From: the human T2T-CHM13v2.0 reference genome, Homo sapiens
Assembly (NCBI RefSeq): GCF_009914755.1
Contig: NC_060927.1
Reading direction: 5' to 3' (one strand)
Length of the DNA: 64,000 bases
Shown here piece after piece: positions 15,062-29,139 of this stretch (positions within the stretch are counted from its first letter, which is position 1; every line of letters begins with the position of its first letter). The notes below the pieces were generated by a model. The model made no database searches and was not told the origin of the DNA. It was given only the letters and a program-made list of their open reading frames with translations. The position numbers were made by a program, and so were the translations under genes.

Positions 15062-15090
15062 AATAGATAGATAATAGACAGACAGACAGA
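14993..15090. repeat. Compound (GATA)n/(GACA)n tetranucleotide STR
   Basis: Seen directly. Confidence 0.95.
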
Positions 15091-16427
15091 ATTTAAGTAG
15101 CCAGAAGAAATTCAGGAGGACATACACCAAAATAATAACAATTACTACCCCTAGGGGAGAAACCTGTGAGGCAGAGGGTGTGGGGGATGGAGAAGCCAAG
15201 GAGATCTCTCGATTTTATTGTTAGAATTTAAGGCAAAAACAGTATATTCAAATATTACTTGTTCAATCAAAACAAAAAAATACAAAAACTATTCCACTAA
15301 ATTCTGCTTGTAAACTTTTTTAAAAACTAGAGTAAACGGACTTCTAAACCTAGTCTCTAATCACTTTTAAGATAAAAAAGATTCTATAGAGGCCAAATAA
15401 CTGTTTCTACTTCTCTAGGGTTTTTCTCTTCAATATGAGGAAATTAAGCTGAATAGAGTTGGCAAGAAGGAAAAGGAGTCTAGAAAACGTGACATGTGGA
15501 ATGAGCCAAAGTTACATTTAAAAAAGTAATTGCAATCTGTTCAATCTAATGAAAGGATAAAATTAGGATACAGTATTCGCACATGATGTCAAAAGTCCAG
15601 GAAATATATAACTATCTGAATTTTTATGCAACTTCTAATACAGATTCACTCTTTAGAATTAAATTTCTTCTTCAGGAATGGAGAACAATCCCTTCTGAGT
15701 GAGGAATTTGGAAGGCTCATTGCTCAGGCTCTCTAAAAGGCTATAGAAACACTGAAGCAAACACTTTGCTTCCAATTGGCAAAGATAAAAAGGGTATTAA
15801 CTTAGGGCTCCCCGGATTCTTTTGCAACATGGCTCAGAATAGATGGTAGTATTTGCATGGCATCCTTTGGAAATGGATGAGGGAAGGTAATAGGCTCGAG
15901 AACTACTACAGCCCCAGCACTGTATAACCCAAAAACCGTGAGCAACTTGTCACCAGTGACTCAGTCACGGCAAATCTATGTGCCCTGACACACCCACTGG
16001 GATGAGTGTTTTGGATATGAGTACTTTTTAAAAACAGCCTTTCTTGTTTGCTAGTAACAACAGTCACAGTGGCTCATAATAATGCAATACTTTCTGTGAC
16101 TGGACAGCAGACCAGAGGAAATCAAGATGGTTGGGGCTATGTGATTTAGTTATTTGCTAAAGACCAACTGGTAGGTCTGGAGATGCACTGCACCTACAGA
16201 TGGTATTCAAACCCCAAAAGGTCCTCAGATACCACCTGTACAAGAAAAGTAGTTTTCTTGTTTGAAAGCAAAAAGAACCTCTTTCTTTCTCCTTTCTTCC
16301 CCTTCTGTGGACCTCTCAGACAAACTAATCTTTACAAAACTAAAAACATCCCAGCAACTAGTTCTAAAGAAATTTGGCATCATCATATTCAGTACCTTCA
16401 ATAAAGATAAAAGCTCTCTACCACTTA

Positions 16428-16760
<333 letters not shown>

Positions 16761-17125
16761 TCAACTACATAAAATGGTAGCAAATAACAGTTGATAAATA
16801 CTATTGAGATTTAATAAACTGCTCAGTACAAAATGAGGCACCAATTTTTAAAGTACATATATTGTTTCATCTCTTAAAAGAAGTTATCATTTTAAAGCAG
16901 CATGCATTCCACAGTATGCTGACTCTAATAAGAATTAAAAATATGAGAACGAGAGTCAAAACAGCATAAATGACAGATATTACAATCCATGAAACTTAAA
17001 AAAATGACGATTTTGACAACTCAAACATTAGTCTTTTGGAATCTCATCTTTAATAACATTTTCACAACACATAAAATTCATTTTATAGGTGAGACACAAG
17101 AAAAAGAAATTTGAACTTCCAGTAC

Positions 17126-17218
17126 CTTGTGAAAGTTGGGTTGTGTTCAGTCATCGCGACTAGCAGTTTCAGAGCATATGCTGGTACTGGGTCAGGTTCT
17201 AAAAGAATGTGCTCATAC
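17126..17218 (-). CDS. ULK4: ULK4 coding exon, 93 nt, phase 2-2 (Q/YEHILLEPDPVPAYALKLLVAMTEHNPTFT/R); probably exon ~30
   Basis: Acceptor ccatttcag|GTATGAG, donor AAG|gtactg; continues the frame of the 145-nt exon. Confidence 0.95.
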
Positions 17219-17221
17219 CTG

Positions 17222-17440
17222 AAATGGTAAAGACATTTAAAAAATACTCAGTAGGAAAAATTATGTCCAACCTTGAATTCTATATCCAGCCAAACTATCA
17301 ATTTAGCTTAAGACAGAAAGATATTTTACACACTAATAAAGATTTAAGTAATTTACCTCTCATGTGCCCCTTCTCAGAAAGTTACTGGCAAATATGCTCT
17401 ATTGAAATAAGAGAATAAACCAAATATAGAAAGACAAAAG
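17222..17440 (+). mobile_element. HAL1 or ancient L1 ORF1 fragment abutting the ULK4 exon acceptor
   Basis: ccaaccttgaattctatatccagccaaactatca (QP.ILYPAKLS motif) and cccttctcagaaagttactgg. Confidence 0.65.
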
Positions 17441-17746
17441 GAAAAACAACTCAGTAGTTGTCCTCACTTAAATGCTACTCTCAACAATAGAAATAATATA
17501 CCATAAGGTACAAGCATCTGAAAAATCTGAAAAACATACAGACTCTGAAATAAATTTATGAGTTACAGGACCTACACAGGTTACTTAACCTCATGAAGTC
17601 TGAAACAACTTCACTTTCCAACGCTGATAATGATACTCACTTACTTCATAAAATATTGCTGTTGGGAAGATTCAGTGAGATAATCCATGTAAAACAACTA
17701 GTATTGAGCTAGGCATATAGTAAGAGATCAATAAACATTAGGCATC

Positions 17747-18314
17747 TGTGTTGAAGGTCTCCAAGAACACCCTCACATTCAGAGACTCGCTAGAGAATTC
17801 ACAGGACTCAGCATGGCTAAGATGTAGCACAGCAACATAGTAAAGCCACCTCTGAATCATATGGGAAAGGGTGCACGCGGAGGACTAGAGGATGTCATGT
17901 GCCGGTTTCCTTATGTCCTCTGTCTTCCATGAGGGGTCACACGCAGCACACTCTTCCCCCAGCAATCAAAATGCAGCACGTGTGTGTGATGTTTCTGCCC
18001 AAGGAAGTCTATGAGTACTCAATGGCCAAAGTTTTTATGAGGGGATGGTCATGTAGGCAACCTCTATCTAAAATGTATCAAAATTCCAGATTCCCGGAAG
18101 GAAAGCAGCTGTGTTCAGCATAAACCAGACTGTCTGCTCAAACAGTTGAGGCACAGTGGACTACCCTTATCAGCTGTTAACTGGGTACATTGCACTCTGA
18201 CAGCCAAGTTCCTAGATGTCTAGCCAATTACAATATTTTGTTTACAAAATTTTTGTAAACAAAAAATTTTATGGATAGCAGTATCAGGCCTGCTATGTTA
18301 ACTCTTTTCTGCAC
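17747..18314 (-). mobile_element. MER77/MER68-family solo LTR (ERVL)
   Basis: Minus-strand start TGTGCAGAAAAGAGTTAACATAGCAGGCCTG. Confidence 0.75.
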
Positions 18315-19387
18315 AGCATTCTTATTATTAATACTTGAAAATCCTAAATTAAATTTATTACCAAAGAGAATAAAACTCAAAATGTTTTCATCACAATTTC
18401 CACAACAAAATTTTCCCAAGATTGTTTTCCCATGTGATTTGCTAGGCAGAGGCTGGTTTATGTACTATGTCTTACCTATTTGAGGTTTGCTCTCCAGTAT
18501 GCAGCACTGTGTAGATGCTCAATAAACAAGCATCAAATGAATAAATGAACAAACTAACCAATTTTATTATTTACTTCTCTGGAATAGCCAACAACTAAAA
18601 AGGAAGAAAAATATCTCTAAAATTCCTAACTGGATATTTTAAAAATCTATGATATAAAACAGATGCCTTTCATCTAGAGAATAGGGCCCCATGCTTACTC
18701 AGAGCTTATTTACTCTCATTTTGGAAATCATTGTATAACAAGCCTAATTATATAGCCTGTAAGCCCACAACCATTAAAAAGGAGCTAAGTAAAGAAAAGA
18801 GACGGACTATTACAGGAAGGCAACCAATGAATTGTAAGAAGTAGGACTTGAAAGCATAAGAAAAACAAAAAAAAGCAGTCCCAAGAACCCCAAGCAAAGA
18901 ATAGTCTGTGGAGCATTTAATACAGAGTAAGAAATTGCTCATACTCAAATGGGACCTGAGAGCCCACTACACACCATAATGTTCAAAACTGGGGTAATGA
19001 GTCAAGACAATGTTAAGTGGAATACAGTGTTCCGTTTAAGAAGTCAGCAAATGTCACATTTTAGAAAATTTGCTTAAATTTTAAAATTATAGTAGTTAAA
19101 AGATTTGCCCATGTATAAAACATACAGTATAATCAAGCGTAATTTCAAGAATGAAAAAAATCAATCTTAGGAAATGAGTTAATATATTTTATCATATAAA
19201 TAAAACAAATATCAAGCAAAAATCTTTAGGGATAATAAAAATGTCTGATAAAATCTAACGTCTACTTAAAATTTTGTTTAAAAAAAGACACAACTTAGCA
19301 TACTGGAGAGAGATCATTAGTTCCTTTCTCCATGAATTCTTATGAAATAAAAGGTTCTTGCCATCTTGAGTAAAGAGTATGTAAGAA

Positions 19388-19973
19388 TATTCTCAAAGTG
19401 TAATGATTTGCTAGAAGGACTCACAAAACTCAGAAAACTTGTTATACTCCCAACTATGGTTTATTACAGTGAAAGGATGCAGATTAAAATCAGCAAAGAG
19501 AAGAGACGCATAGGGCAGAGACAAGGAAAGACCAGGACAAGCTTCCAGCTGTCATCTCCCAGTGGAGTTGTACAGTGTTTACTCCTCCCAGTAGCAATGT
19601 GTGGCAACACTGGTGAAGTACTTACTACCAACCAGAGAAGCTCACCTGAGCCTTGGTGTCCAGGGTTTTTATTGGAGGTTGGTCATGTAGGCATGGACCA
19701 CTTGTGGAACTGACCTTAGTTTCCCAGTCTCTAGCTCCTCCAGAGGTCAAGCTGATGTGTTGTAGCCCAAGGCCCCCATCATAACTCACAATGTTACTAC
19801 CATAAATTATCAGGCATGGCTCAAGGTCTCATGTATTCGAAGGCACTCTTACCAGGGAGGATATTCCAACTGCTAGGAAGTTATCTCCCAGGTGGCAGTC
19901 AAGGACCAGTTTCTTTAGAATGTGCAAAGTCTGAACACCCTACACATGATGAGTTAACCCTTTATAGCATACA
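19388..19973 (-). mobile_element. MER21-family LTR
   Basis: tggtttattacagtgaaaggatgcagattaaaatcagcaaag core. Confidence 0.75.
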
Positions 19974-20380
19974 TCCCTAAGAAGGAAACTGAGAGGCACT
20001 GTCATTAAAGTCAGAAATAAAATAAGAATCCTCTTCCACTGCTTACCAGTATTTGGAAATTGTCTGGCCAGACAGAATCAAATTGAAGTGATGGTGAGAA
20101 ACTTCTGATGAGTCCTTCGTGTACCCTGGATAACCAGCTCTCCTTGTTCCCACTCCAAGACATACTTGAATTACAGAAGGACGGACCCACAAGCCTATGA
20201 ATTTTTATAAAGCTTCCCAAGTGACTGTCTTATTCACATGCTTGTGTGGAAATCACAAGAGGAAATATGGACAACTACTACTTAGAAATATAACAGAAAA
20301 AAACATTCTCAATAGGGCTAGAAAATATATCTTAAAATAGACTTGAAAGATACAGAATCTAAATTTAAAAAGAAAACATT

Positions 20381-20685
20381 GGCCAGGGATAGTGGCTCAC
20401 ACCTGTAATCCCAGCACTTTGGGAGGCCAAGGTGGGAGAATTACATGAGTCCAGGAGTTGAGACCAGCCTGGACAACATCGTGAGACCCTGTCTATAAAA
20501 AAAGAAAAAAAAATTATTTTTAAATAATTGGGTGCAAGGGCACAAACCTATAGTACTAGCTATTCAGGAGGCTGAGGTGGGAGGATTGCTTGAGCCCAGG
20601 CATTTAAGGCTGCAGTGAGCTACGATGGCACCAGTACACTTCAGCCTAGGTGACAGAGCAAGACTCTGTCTCTAAAAAAAAAAAA
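20381..20685 (+). mobile_element. AluJ
   Basis: Dimer; TSD aaaaagaaaaca. Confidence 0.9.
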
Positions 20686-21849
20686 GAAAAACACACACAC
20701 AAAAAAAACACTGCTGAAACATTACTGACTGAAATCAAAGTGTCTTGAGGTCGTTTGAAGTTATCTAACCTTGAAACAGGAGGGAAGAATAAAGCTTATA
20801 CTAGCTTGTGCATAAGAATTTTCATAAAGAATATCGTTCTGTTTTCCTCCTGTTGGAAAAAATGAAGGGCAAAATTCATAATGGGCATGTTTAGAATATA
20901 GATATTGAATATATTTTAGTTTAATCAAATGATAGGTTTATAATGGTCAGCAAGATCTAGCCAAAAGTAGGCTGTGATTTATTAAGCTCGTCTTTGAAAG
21001 AGCAGCTAGTAATTGAGTCCTGCACTCCTTTGAATGCAACTTAGCAGAAAAAAATATATAGTGATGAGCCCTGACTCTTGAAATGGCCTCAGGGAAGACT
21101 AACCAGTGAAGAGCTGGCCCATTCTGATGGACTAGGGGCTGGAGAGGAGCACTCCTAGTGCCCTGAGGCTGGCCAGAGACTAAGATCACTGTTGACATAA
21201 CAGTACCCTGTCCAGACAGTATCCCTGAACCTCACACTTCTTCCTCTAGGATCTTCTCTAACCAAGATGTCTTTGCTAGGGGCCAAAGCAGCAGAGATCC
21301 AGGCAGGAAAGACCATTCACACTAAATTCAGATCCATTCCAAAGAAGAGAAAATCCCTTTAAAAAATCACATATTCGGGACCTAAGGCAAGAATTTGAAG
21401 AGACAGTCCCCAACTCTTAATTCTTCATTACCAATCCTATAATTAATAAATCCCTATCTTGTCAAGTGCCTGGTATAGACAGTGCCCAATTAGGTTATCT
21501 GGGAGAAAACTGAAACTCGCTATCTAAATAACTCTGGATAATCATGAGAAAATATTCTGAGGTATGTGATGAAACAATTGGTCAAGTGAAGGAAAGTGTC
21601 TCCAATTTTGTTGAGAGGAGGGAGAAGGAACTGTATAATAAAGAAGTCCATTCTGCAGGGATTAAGTCAGAGACTCAAATTTTCATCTCAACAGAGTGTG
21701 CTCTGAGAATTTGAAGGAGTGATTCCAGAATAATCAGCAAACTTTAGGGTTTGAGGAATCTTCCTACAATGAGGAAGATTCTGCTAAATGAAAGGCTAGA
21801 CTACATTATAAAACCACAATAATTATTACATATAAAGAATACACGTATA

Positions 21850-22172
21850 CAGTCATGTGCCACATAATGACATTTTTGGTCAACAACAGATGGCATATAC
21901 AATAGTGATCATATAAAAATTTTTTTCTGTACCTTTTCTGTGTTTGGATACATAAAATCTTACCATTGTGTTACAGTTGCCTGCAGTATTCAGTGCAGTA
22001 ACATGCTGCATAGGTTTGCAGCCTGGGAGCAACAGGCTATACCATACAGCCTAGGTGTGTAGTAAGCTGTGCCACCTAGGTTTGTATAAGGTAAACTCTA
22101 TGATGTTTGCACAATGATAAAACTGCCTAATGATGCATTTCTCAGAAGGTACTCCCACATGGCACATGACTA
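21850..22172. mobile_element. Tigger3a (TcMar-Tigger)
   Basis: ta-cagtcatgtgcc ... ggcacatgact-ata TIRs. Confidence 0.85.
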
Positions 22173-22753
22173 TAAATCAAAAGAAAAGAAAGGTAACACC
22201 TAGAACTGGACAGGAAAGAGTAAATTTAGAAAGGGAGTTAGGCTGGTTAGACCATATCTCAAGAAAATGTATCTCTAATAAACTAAAATTTTAAGGAAAA
22301 AATTTTGACTTTATTAGAATACCAAAAATGAGTAAATTGTTGGGTAAGAAGGCCTCTTTAGCATAACAAATGTAAAATGAATGAGAAAAATACTTATACT
22401 CTTAAAGTTTTTAAGTTAAATATTTCTCAATGGCAAAACCACCATAAACAAACCAAATGAGGAAAAGATAACTTGCAGAATGTGGGTAAAACAAAAAAGT
22501 TAATATTCTTACTATATAAAGAGCTTTTGCAAATCAATAAACAAACCACAGAAAAATGGACAAAATTCACAGAGAAGGAAATAAATGGCCAAGAAGCATC
22601 GGGAAGAAATGGTCTACTTCATCAACATCTGGAGGAATGCAAATTAGAGCTAAGAAGGGTACAATAAAATGGGCAGTTTCATAAAGGGAAGCTGGTAATA
22701 TAAACTGTTCTTCCTGTGTAAAAATATTGGCAGAATGTATTAAATACCTTTAA

Positions 22754-23086
<333 letters not shown>

Positions 23087-24061
23087 TGAATTTTAACACA
23101 GAAATTCTATCCCTAGAGATTCTACAAAAGGAAATAAGGATATGTCCAAGGATGCAGCCATAAAAAATGGTCTTTGTAGCATTATATATAATGTAAAATA
23201 CTGGGGAACTCCTAGATACTCAGTGATTGGGAATTGTTTAAATGATTTTTAGTACATCTATATATGTAGGTATAGATAATATAATAATAATATAAGACAG
23301 CCAGTAATATAGTGTTATATAAATGTAGATATAGTCACAGACATAGATAATAACATAGACAATAACAATACAATGTCAAGGAATAGTGGGGACAGACAGG
23401 TTCCAAACAGAGAATTTCAAAAAGTACTAAGTAAATCTCACCAGGAATGAAGAAACCATAGAATGGAGCAGGAAGATATTAACTTAAAATGGCAGGCAAG
23501 AAGCAAAACCTGAGAGTCTTGAATAGTTGGGTAAATACTGTTAATGTGTTCTACAATCTTCAGGTTAAAATGTTTCTAAGCAAGGGAAGGATTTGAGGAA
23601 GGTAATGTGTTAAAATGCAAATCTGACAGAATGCAACATGGATCTGAGGCTTGAAGAGTTTACAGAGATGTGTGTGGAAAGAGATATTCTGGGTTTAGGT
23701 AAAGAGCAGGCTGCCAAACAGCAAGGACACTGAGGTAAAATCTAACTTTTGAGAAGGTTAAAGACATTCCTCTAGACTGCTACAAGAAAGGGGTAGATGG
23801 CTGATTCTTTTTGGCATTTTCTGCACATCTCTTTCAAAATGTGAACTAGATGACATCTTTAGTCAACTCCAAAACTTTATAAAATGAAATTGGGTATAAA
23901 TTAAACAATGGTTAACTTCAAGACTTCCCAGTCTTGTGATTTTTATGTGATTGAGCTCTGTGTGATTCTCTGGTGTTTTGCATGGATACAAAGATAAAAG
24001 TACATCAATAATTAAATGGATATGTAAATGAATAGTGAAATGGACAGTTGGGTGGGAAAAC

Positions 24062-24159
24062 CTATATATACACTCATATATATACGTATGTATATATGTA
24101 TATACATACACATATACATATATATACATACACATATACATATATATACATACACACAC
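24062..24159. repeat. (TA)/(CA)-rich low-complexity repeat
   Basis: Seen directly. Confidence 0.9.
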
Positions 24160-24619
24160 TTTTTTAAGTAAAAGAAATGTAGGTACTTCAAAATAAGTGT
24201 TAAATATAATTGCACATAGTAAGCTCTACTCTCTTCTGGGCTGTCTCTTCAATTAGATCAACAGCAAATTTTCATTATGAAAGCCTTAAATAGATAAAAG
24301 AAATGACTTCAATAACACTCAAGGTTTACAAAACATATGCAAAGAACTGAAGTGGTAGAATTATCCTGATTGAGAGGGAGCAAATAATATTTATCTTTAT
24401 GCTCTACTACCTACTGTTAACTCCCAAACTATCCCAGTTTACATTTCGGTAGTTTGTAACCCAAAGAGGGAGATCACTGTACCTAAATGTGCCAATTTAG
24501 GCACAGACTCAAAACATTATACAATGATTAAGTAAAGGAAAAAAGGTAGAATATGATGATGCTTTTGATGCAAAAATATCTGAAGTTAAATTTTATCTAC
24601 AAAAGATTTATCAAAGGTG

Positions 24620-26360
24620 AAAAATATCCCATGCTCACAGATCAGAAAAATTAATATCATTAAAATGACCATACTGCCCAAAGCAATCTACAGATACAAT
24701 GAAATCTCTATGAAAATACCAAGGTCATTTTTTAAAGAAATAGAAAAATAATCTAAAAATTCATATGTAATGACAACAACAAAAAAGGCCAGAATAGCTA
24801 AAGCAATCCTGAGCAAAAAGAACAAATCTAGAAGCATCACACTACCTGACTTCAAAATATATTACAAAGTTATAGTAACCAAAACAGCATGGTATTGGTA
24901 TAAAAACAGACACACAGATCAATGGAACAGAATAGAGAACAAAGAAATAAATCAACACATTTGTAGCCAATTAATCTTCAACAAAGCCATCAACAACACA
25001 CACAGAAGAAAGGACACTCTCTTCAAATAAATGGTGCTGAGAAAACTGGAAAATCATATCCAGAAGAATGAAACTGGACCTGTCTCTCATCATATATAAT
25101 CACAATAAAGACATAAGACCTGAAAGTATAAAACCACTAAAAGAAAACATAGGGAAAACTCTTCAGGACACTGGTCTAGGGAGAGATTTTATAGCTAAGA
25201 CATCAAAAGCACAGGCAACATAAACAAAAATAGACAAATGGGACTATATTAAACTTAAAAGCTTCTACGCAGCACAATAAAGTCAACAGATTGAAGAGAT
25301 AAACTGCTTACTGGGAGAAAATATTTGCAAACTACACAACCAAGAGGGGAACTAATATCCAGAATATATAAGGAACTCAACTCAGCAGTAAAAAACCAAC
25401 AACAATAATAATAATAATCCCATTTAAAAGTGGGCAAAGGATATAAACATTTCTCAAAAGAAGACATACAAATGGCCAACGGGTACATGAAAAAATGCTC
25501 AACATCACTTCATCAGGGAAATGCAAGTCAAAACCACAATGAGATATCTTATACTGATTAAAATGGCTATTATGAAAAAGATGAAAAATAAGAGATGTTG
25601 GCAAGGATGCGGAGAAAAGGGAATTCTTACGCATTGTTGTGAGAATGTAACATAGCCATTATGATAAACAGTATGGAGACTTCTCAAAAAACTTAAAATA
25701 GAACTACCACATGATCCAGCAATTCCATTGCTAGGTATTTATCCAAAGGAAAAGAAATCAATGTATCAAAGAAACACATGCACTCCCATGTTTCTTGCAG
25801 TGCTATTCACAATAGCAAAGATCAGGAATCAACCTAGTGTCCATCAACGAATGTGGTATATGTACCCAATGGAATACTATTCAACCACAAAAAAGAATGA
25901 AATCATGTCATTTGCAGCAATATGGATGGAAATGGAGGTCATTATATTAAGTGAAATAAGCCTGGCAGAGACAGACAAATACCACATTCTCTTATATGTG
26001 GAAGCCAAAAAAGTTTCTCTCACATAGTTAGAGGGTGGAATGATACATTCCAGACACTAGGGAGGATGTATAGGTAGAGTGGGGAATGAAGAAAAGCTGG
26101 TTAATGGGTACAAACATACAGTTAACTAGAAGGAATAGTTCTACTCTTTGATAGAGAAGCAGAGTGACTGTAGTTAACAAAAATGTATTCTACTTTTAAA
26201 ATAGCTAAAAGAGAGAACTTGAAATATACTGACACATAGAAATGCTAAATACTTGGGTAATAAGATACCCCAAATACTCTGACTTAATCATTACACATTC
26301 CATGCATGGAACAAAATTTCACATGTGCCCATAAGTATGTACAAATATCATATATCCAAA
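24620..26360 (+). mobile_element. L1MA-type 3' portion (ORF2 remnant plus 3'UTR)
   Basis: [27 protein letters not shown]...[19 protein letters not shown]. Confidence 0.88.
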
Positions 26361-26361
26361 A

Positions 26362-26658
26362 TTTTTATTTTTTGAGACAGGGTCTCATTCTGTCACCGAG
26401 GCTGGAGTACAGTGGCACAATCACAGTTCACTGCAGCCTTGACTTTCCTGGGCTTAAGGAATCCTCCTACCTCAGCCTCCCAAGTAGCTAGGACTACAGG
26501 CACACATCACCATGCCCAGCTAATTTTTTCTAATTTTTTGTAGAGACAGAGTCTCACCATGTTCCCCAGGCTGGTCTCAAACTCCTGGCCTCAAGCAATC
26601 TGCCTGCCTCTATCTATCAAAGTGCTGGGATTACATGTGTGAGCCAACATACCCAGCC
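26362..26658 (-). mobile_element. AluJ
   Basis: Antisense Alu in the L1 tail. Confidence 0.9.
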
Positions 26659-27299
26659 AAAACTTTTTTTTAATTAAAAAAAATTATGTAAGCAAAGAAC
26701 AAAAATGAAACACTCCTTTCTATTATGATTCTTATCAAAGATGGTCAAGTTCATACCTATTTTAACATAGAATGCTTATAGCTAAGGGAGACAAAGAAGC
26801 AATACAGAACCACCCCGATGTCCTTTGAGCCACAAATAGAGAAATCAGGTAGTCAAACGCACGACTTTTGCTGGACATTATTCCTAAGGCAACTACACAA
26901 CCCTACAGTGTGTTGCCACTAATAGAATCCACCTATAAATTCCAGTTCCTAAAAGGAAATGCCATTCTAATTTGTAAGGAATATATCCCTTTCTCAGATT
27001 CTAAAAAACAAAGCCTTAATAATTTATGAAGTTATTATGGCCCTGATGATTTTACAGGTCACAAAAGAATTACAAAAAAGAAGGGCTGTACTCATTTTCC
27101 CCGGGAGAGAAATGTTTAATGCCATACTGTCATAAAAATATTGTAAGCACATTTATATCAGCATGATCTCTTTTCAATACACTCAAACCTAAATATATAT
27201 ATATATACATACATACATATATATATAACTAAAATATATGTTGGCAAAATGGTTCCAGTCTACCAAAGGCAAATTGCACAGCGTATTTTTCCCACAGCT

Positions 27300-27550
27300 T
27301 GCAACATCACTTAAGCCTTCTCTGTTCCCCTTACCAACACACACTCTCCCCTTACAATGTTTCATATTTTTCTTTATAGTACTCACAATTAGCTGAAGTC
27401 ATCCCACATATTTATTTCTTTATTGCTTTGTCTTGCCCACAGGAATGTAAGCTCACTGAGGGGCGGGAATTTAATTGTGTTAACCATTGCATCCCCAGTG
27501 CCTAGCACATGGAAGTCACTTAATATATATTTATGGAATGAATTAATTTT
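27300..27550 (+). mobile_element. L2a 3' end
   Basis: gaatgtaagctcactgagggcggg...ccccagtgcctagcaca. Confidence 0.75.
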
Positions 27551-28477
27551 AAAAAGAAAAAAGAGGCAGTGAGGAAGACTGGAAGGGTCTTGAACTGCAT
27601 ATGCACAATCACACGATACAGTACTAATACAAATTATATTTACACTCATAAGAGTATTAAAATCTCCACCTCCCCAATAATAAACAATGGTGTTTCCTGA
27701 GTGAAAAATCTAGTCCCATTTACAGATAAATACTAAAAGACAAATGTCCTCACCTTATGTAACAAGTCTCAGAAAAAAATGTCCAAATAGTCAGCATAAG
27801 ACTACTTTTAGTACTAAGAGTTCCTTGATAATGACTTTGATATTAAACTTCTGAGAGGTGCTGATTTTAATTAATAAGGTCAATTTAGGCTTCAGTTCTG
27901 TTAAACACTGCCTCTTCTCTTCTGCATAAACCTTTAAAATTAAATCTTGTCTCTCAGCTGAATAAAAATCACGGTAATTTTCTGAGTATATGTGGTATCT
28001 TTCCTCCCAGAAGAGAAGAAAATCTTTGCTCATTAATCGCACAGATAACTGAGTTATGACACTGGCATTCCAACTACCTTGAAGAAAGGAGGAAAACTGA
28101 AAGGAGGAAGGGAATGCATACACACTGAGTTAAAGGCAAGGTCAAGATTTGAATCCAAACAAGAACCACAAGATAAAGACTACCATGGCCAGTATCACCA
28201 ACTTAGTAAGTACATAGTTTCCTCAAGCTGGTGGCAAAATATGAAGTCAGAGAGAGTCAATGCATGACACGGATTTGACACATCATTTCCAGCTTGAAGA
28301 CAGAGGGATTCTGTAAGAAGAAATACAGGTACCTTAACGCACATAAGACAGCAAAGATATGGGTACTGTAACCCTACAAATGCACCATGGGTTGAGTAAT
28401 TGCCCCCCAAAAGGTATGTCCAAGTCATAACACCCAAAACACATCAATGTGACCTTATTTAGAAAAAGGGTTTCTAG

Positions 28478-28793
<316 letters not shown>

Positions 28794-28826
28794 TTAAGAA
28801 ACCCAAGATGAGATCATCCTGGGTTA

Positions 28827-29139
<313 letters not shown>

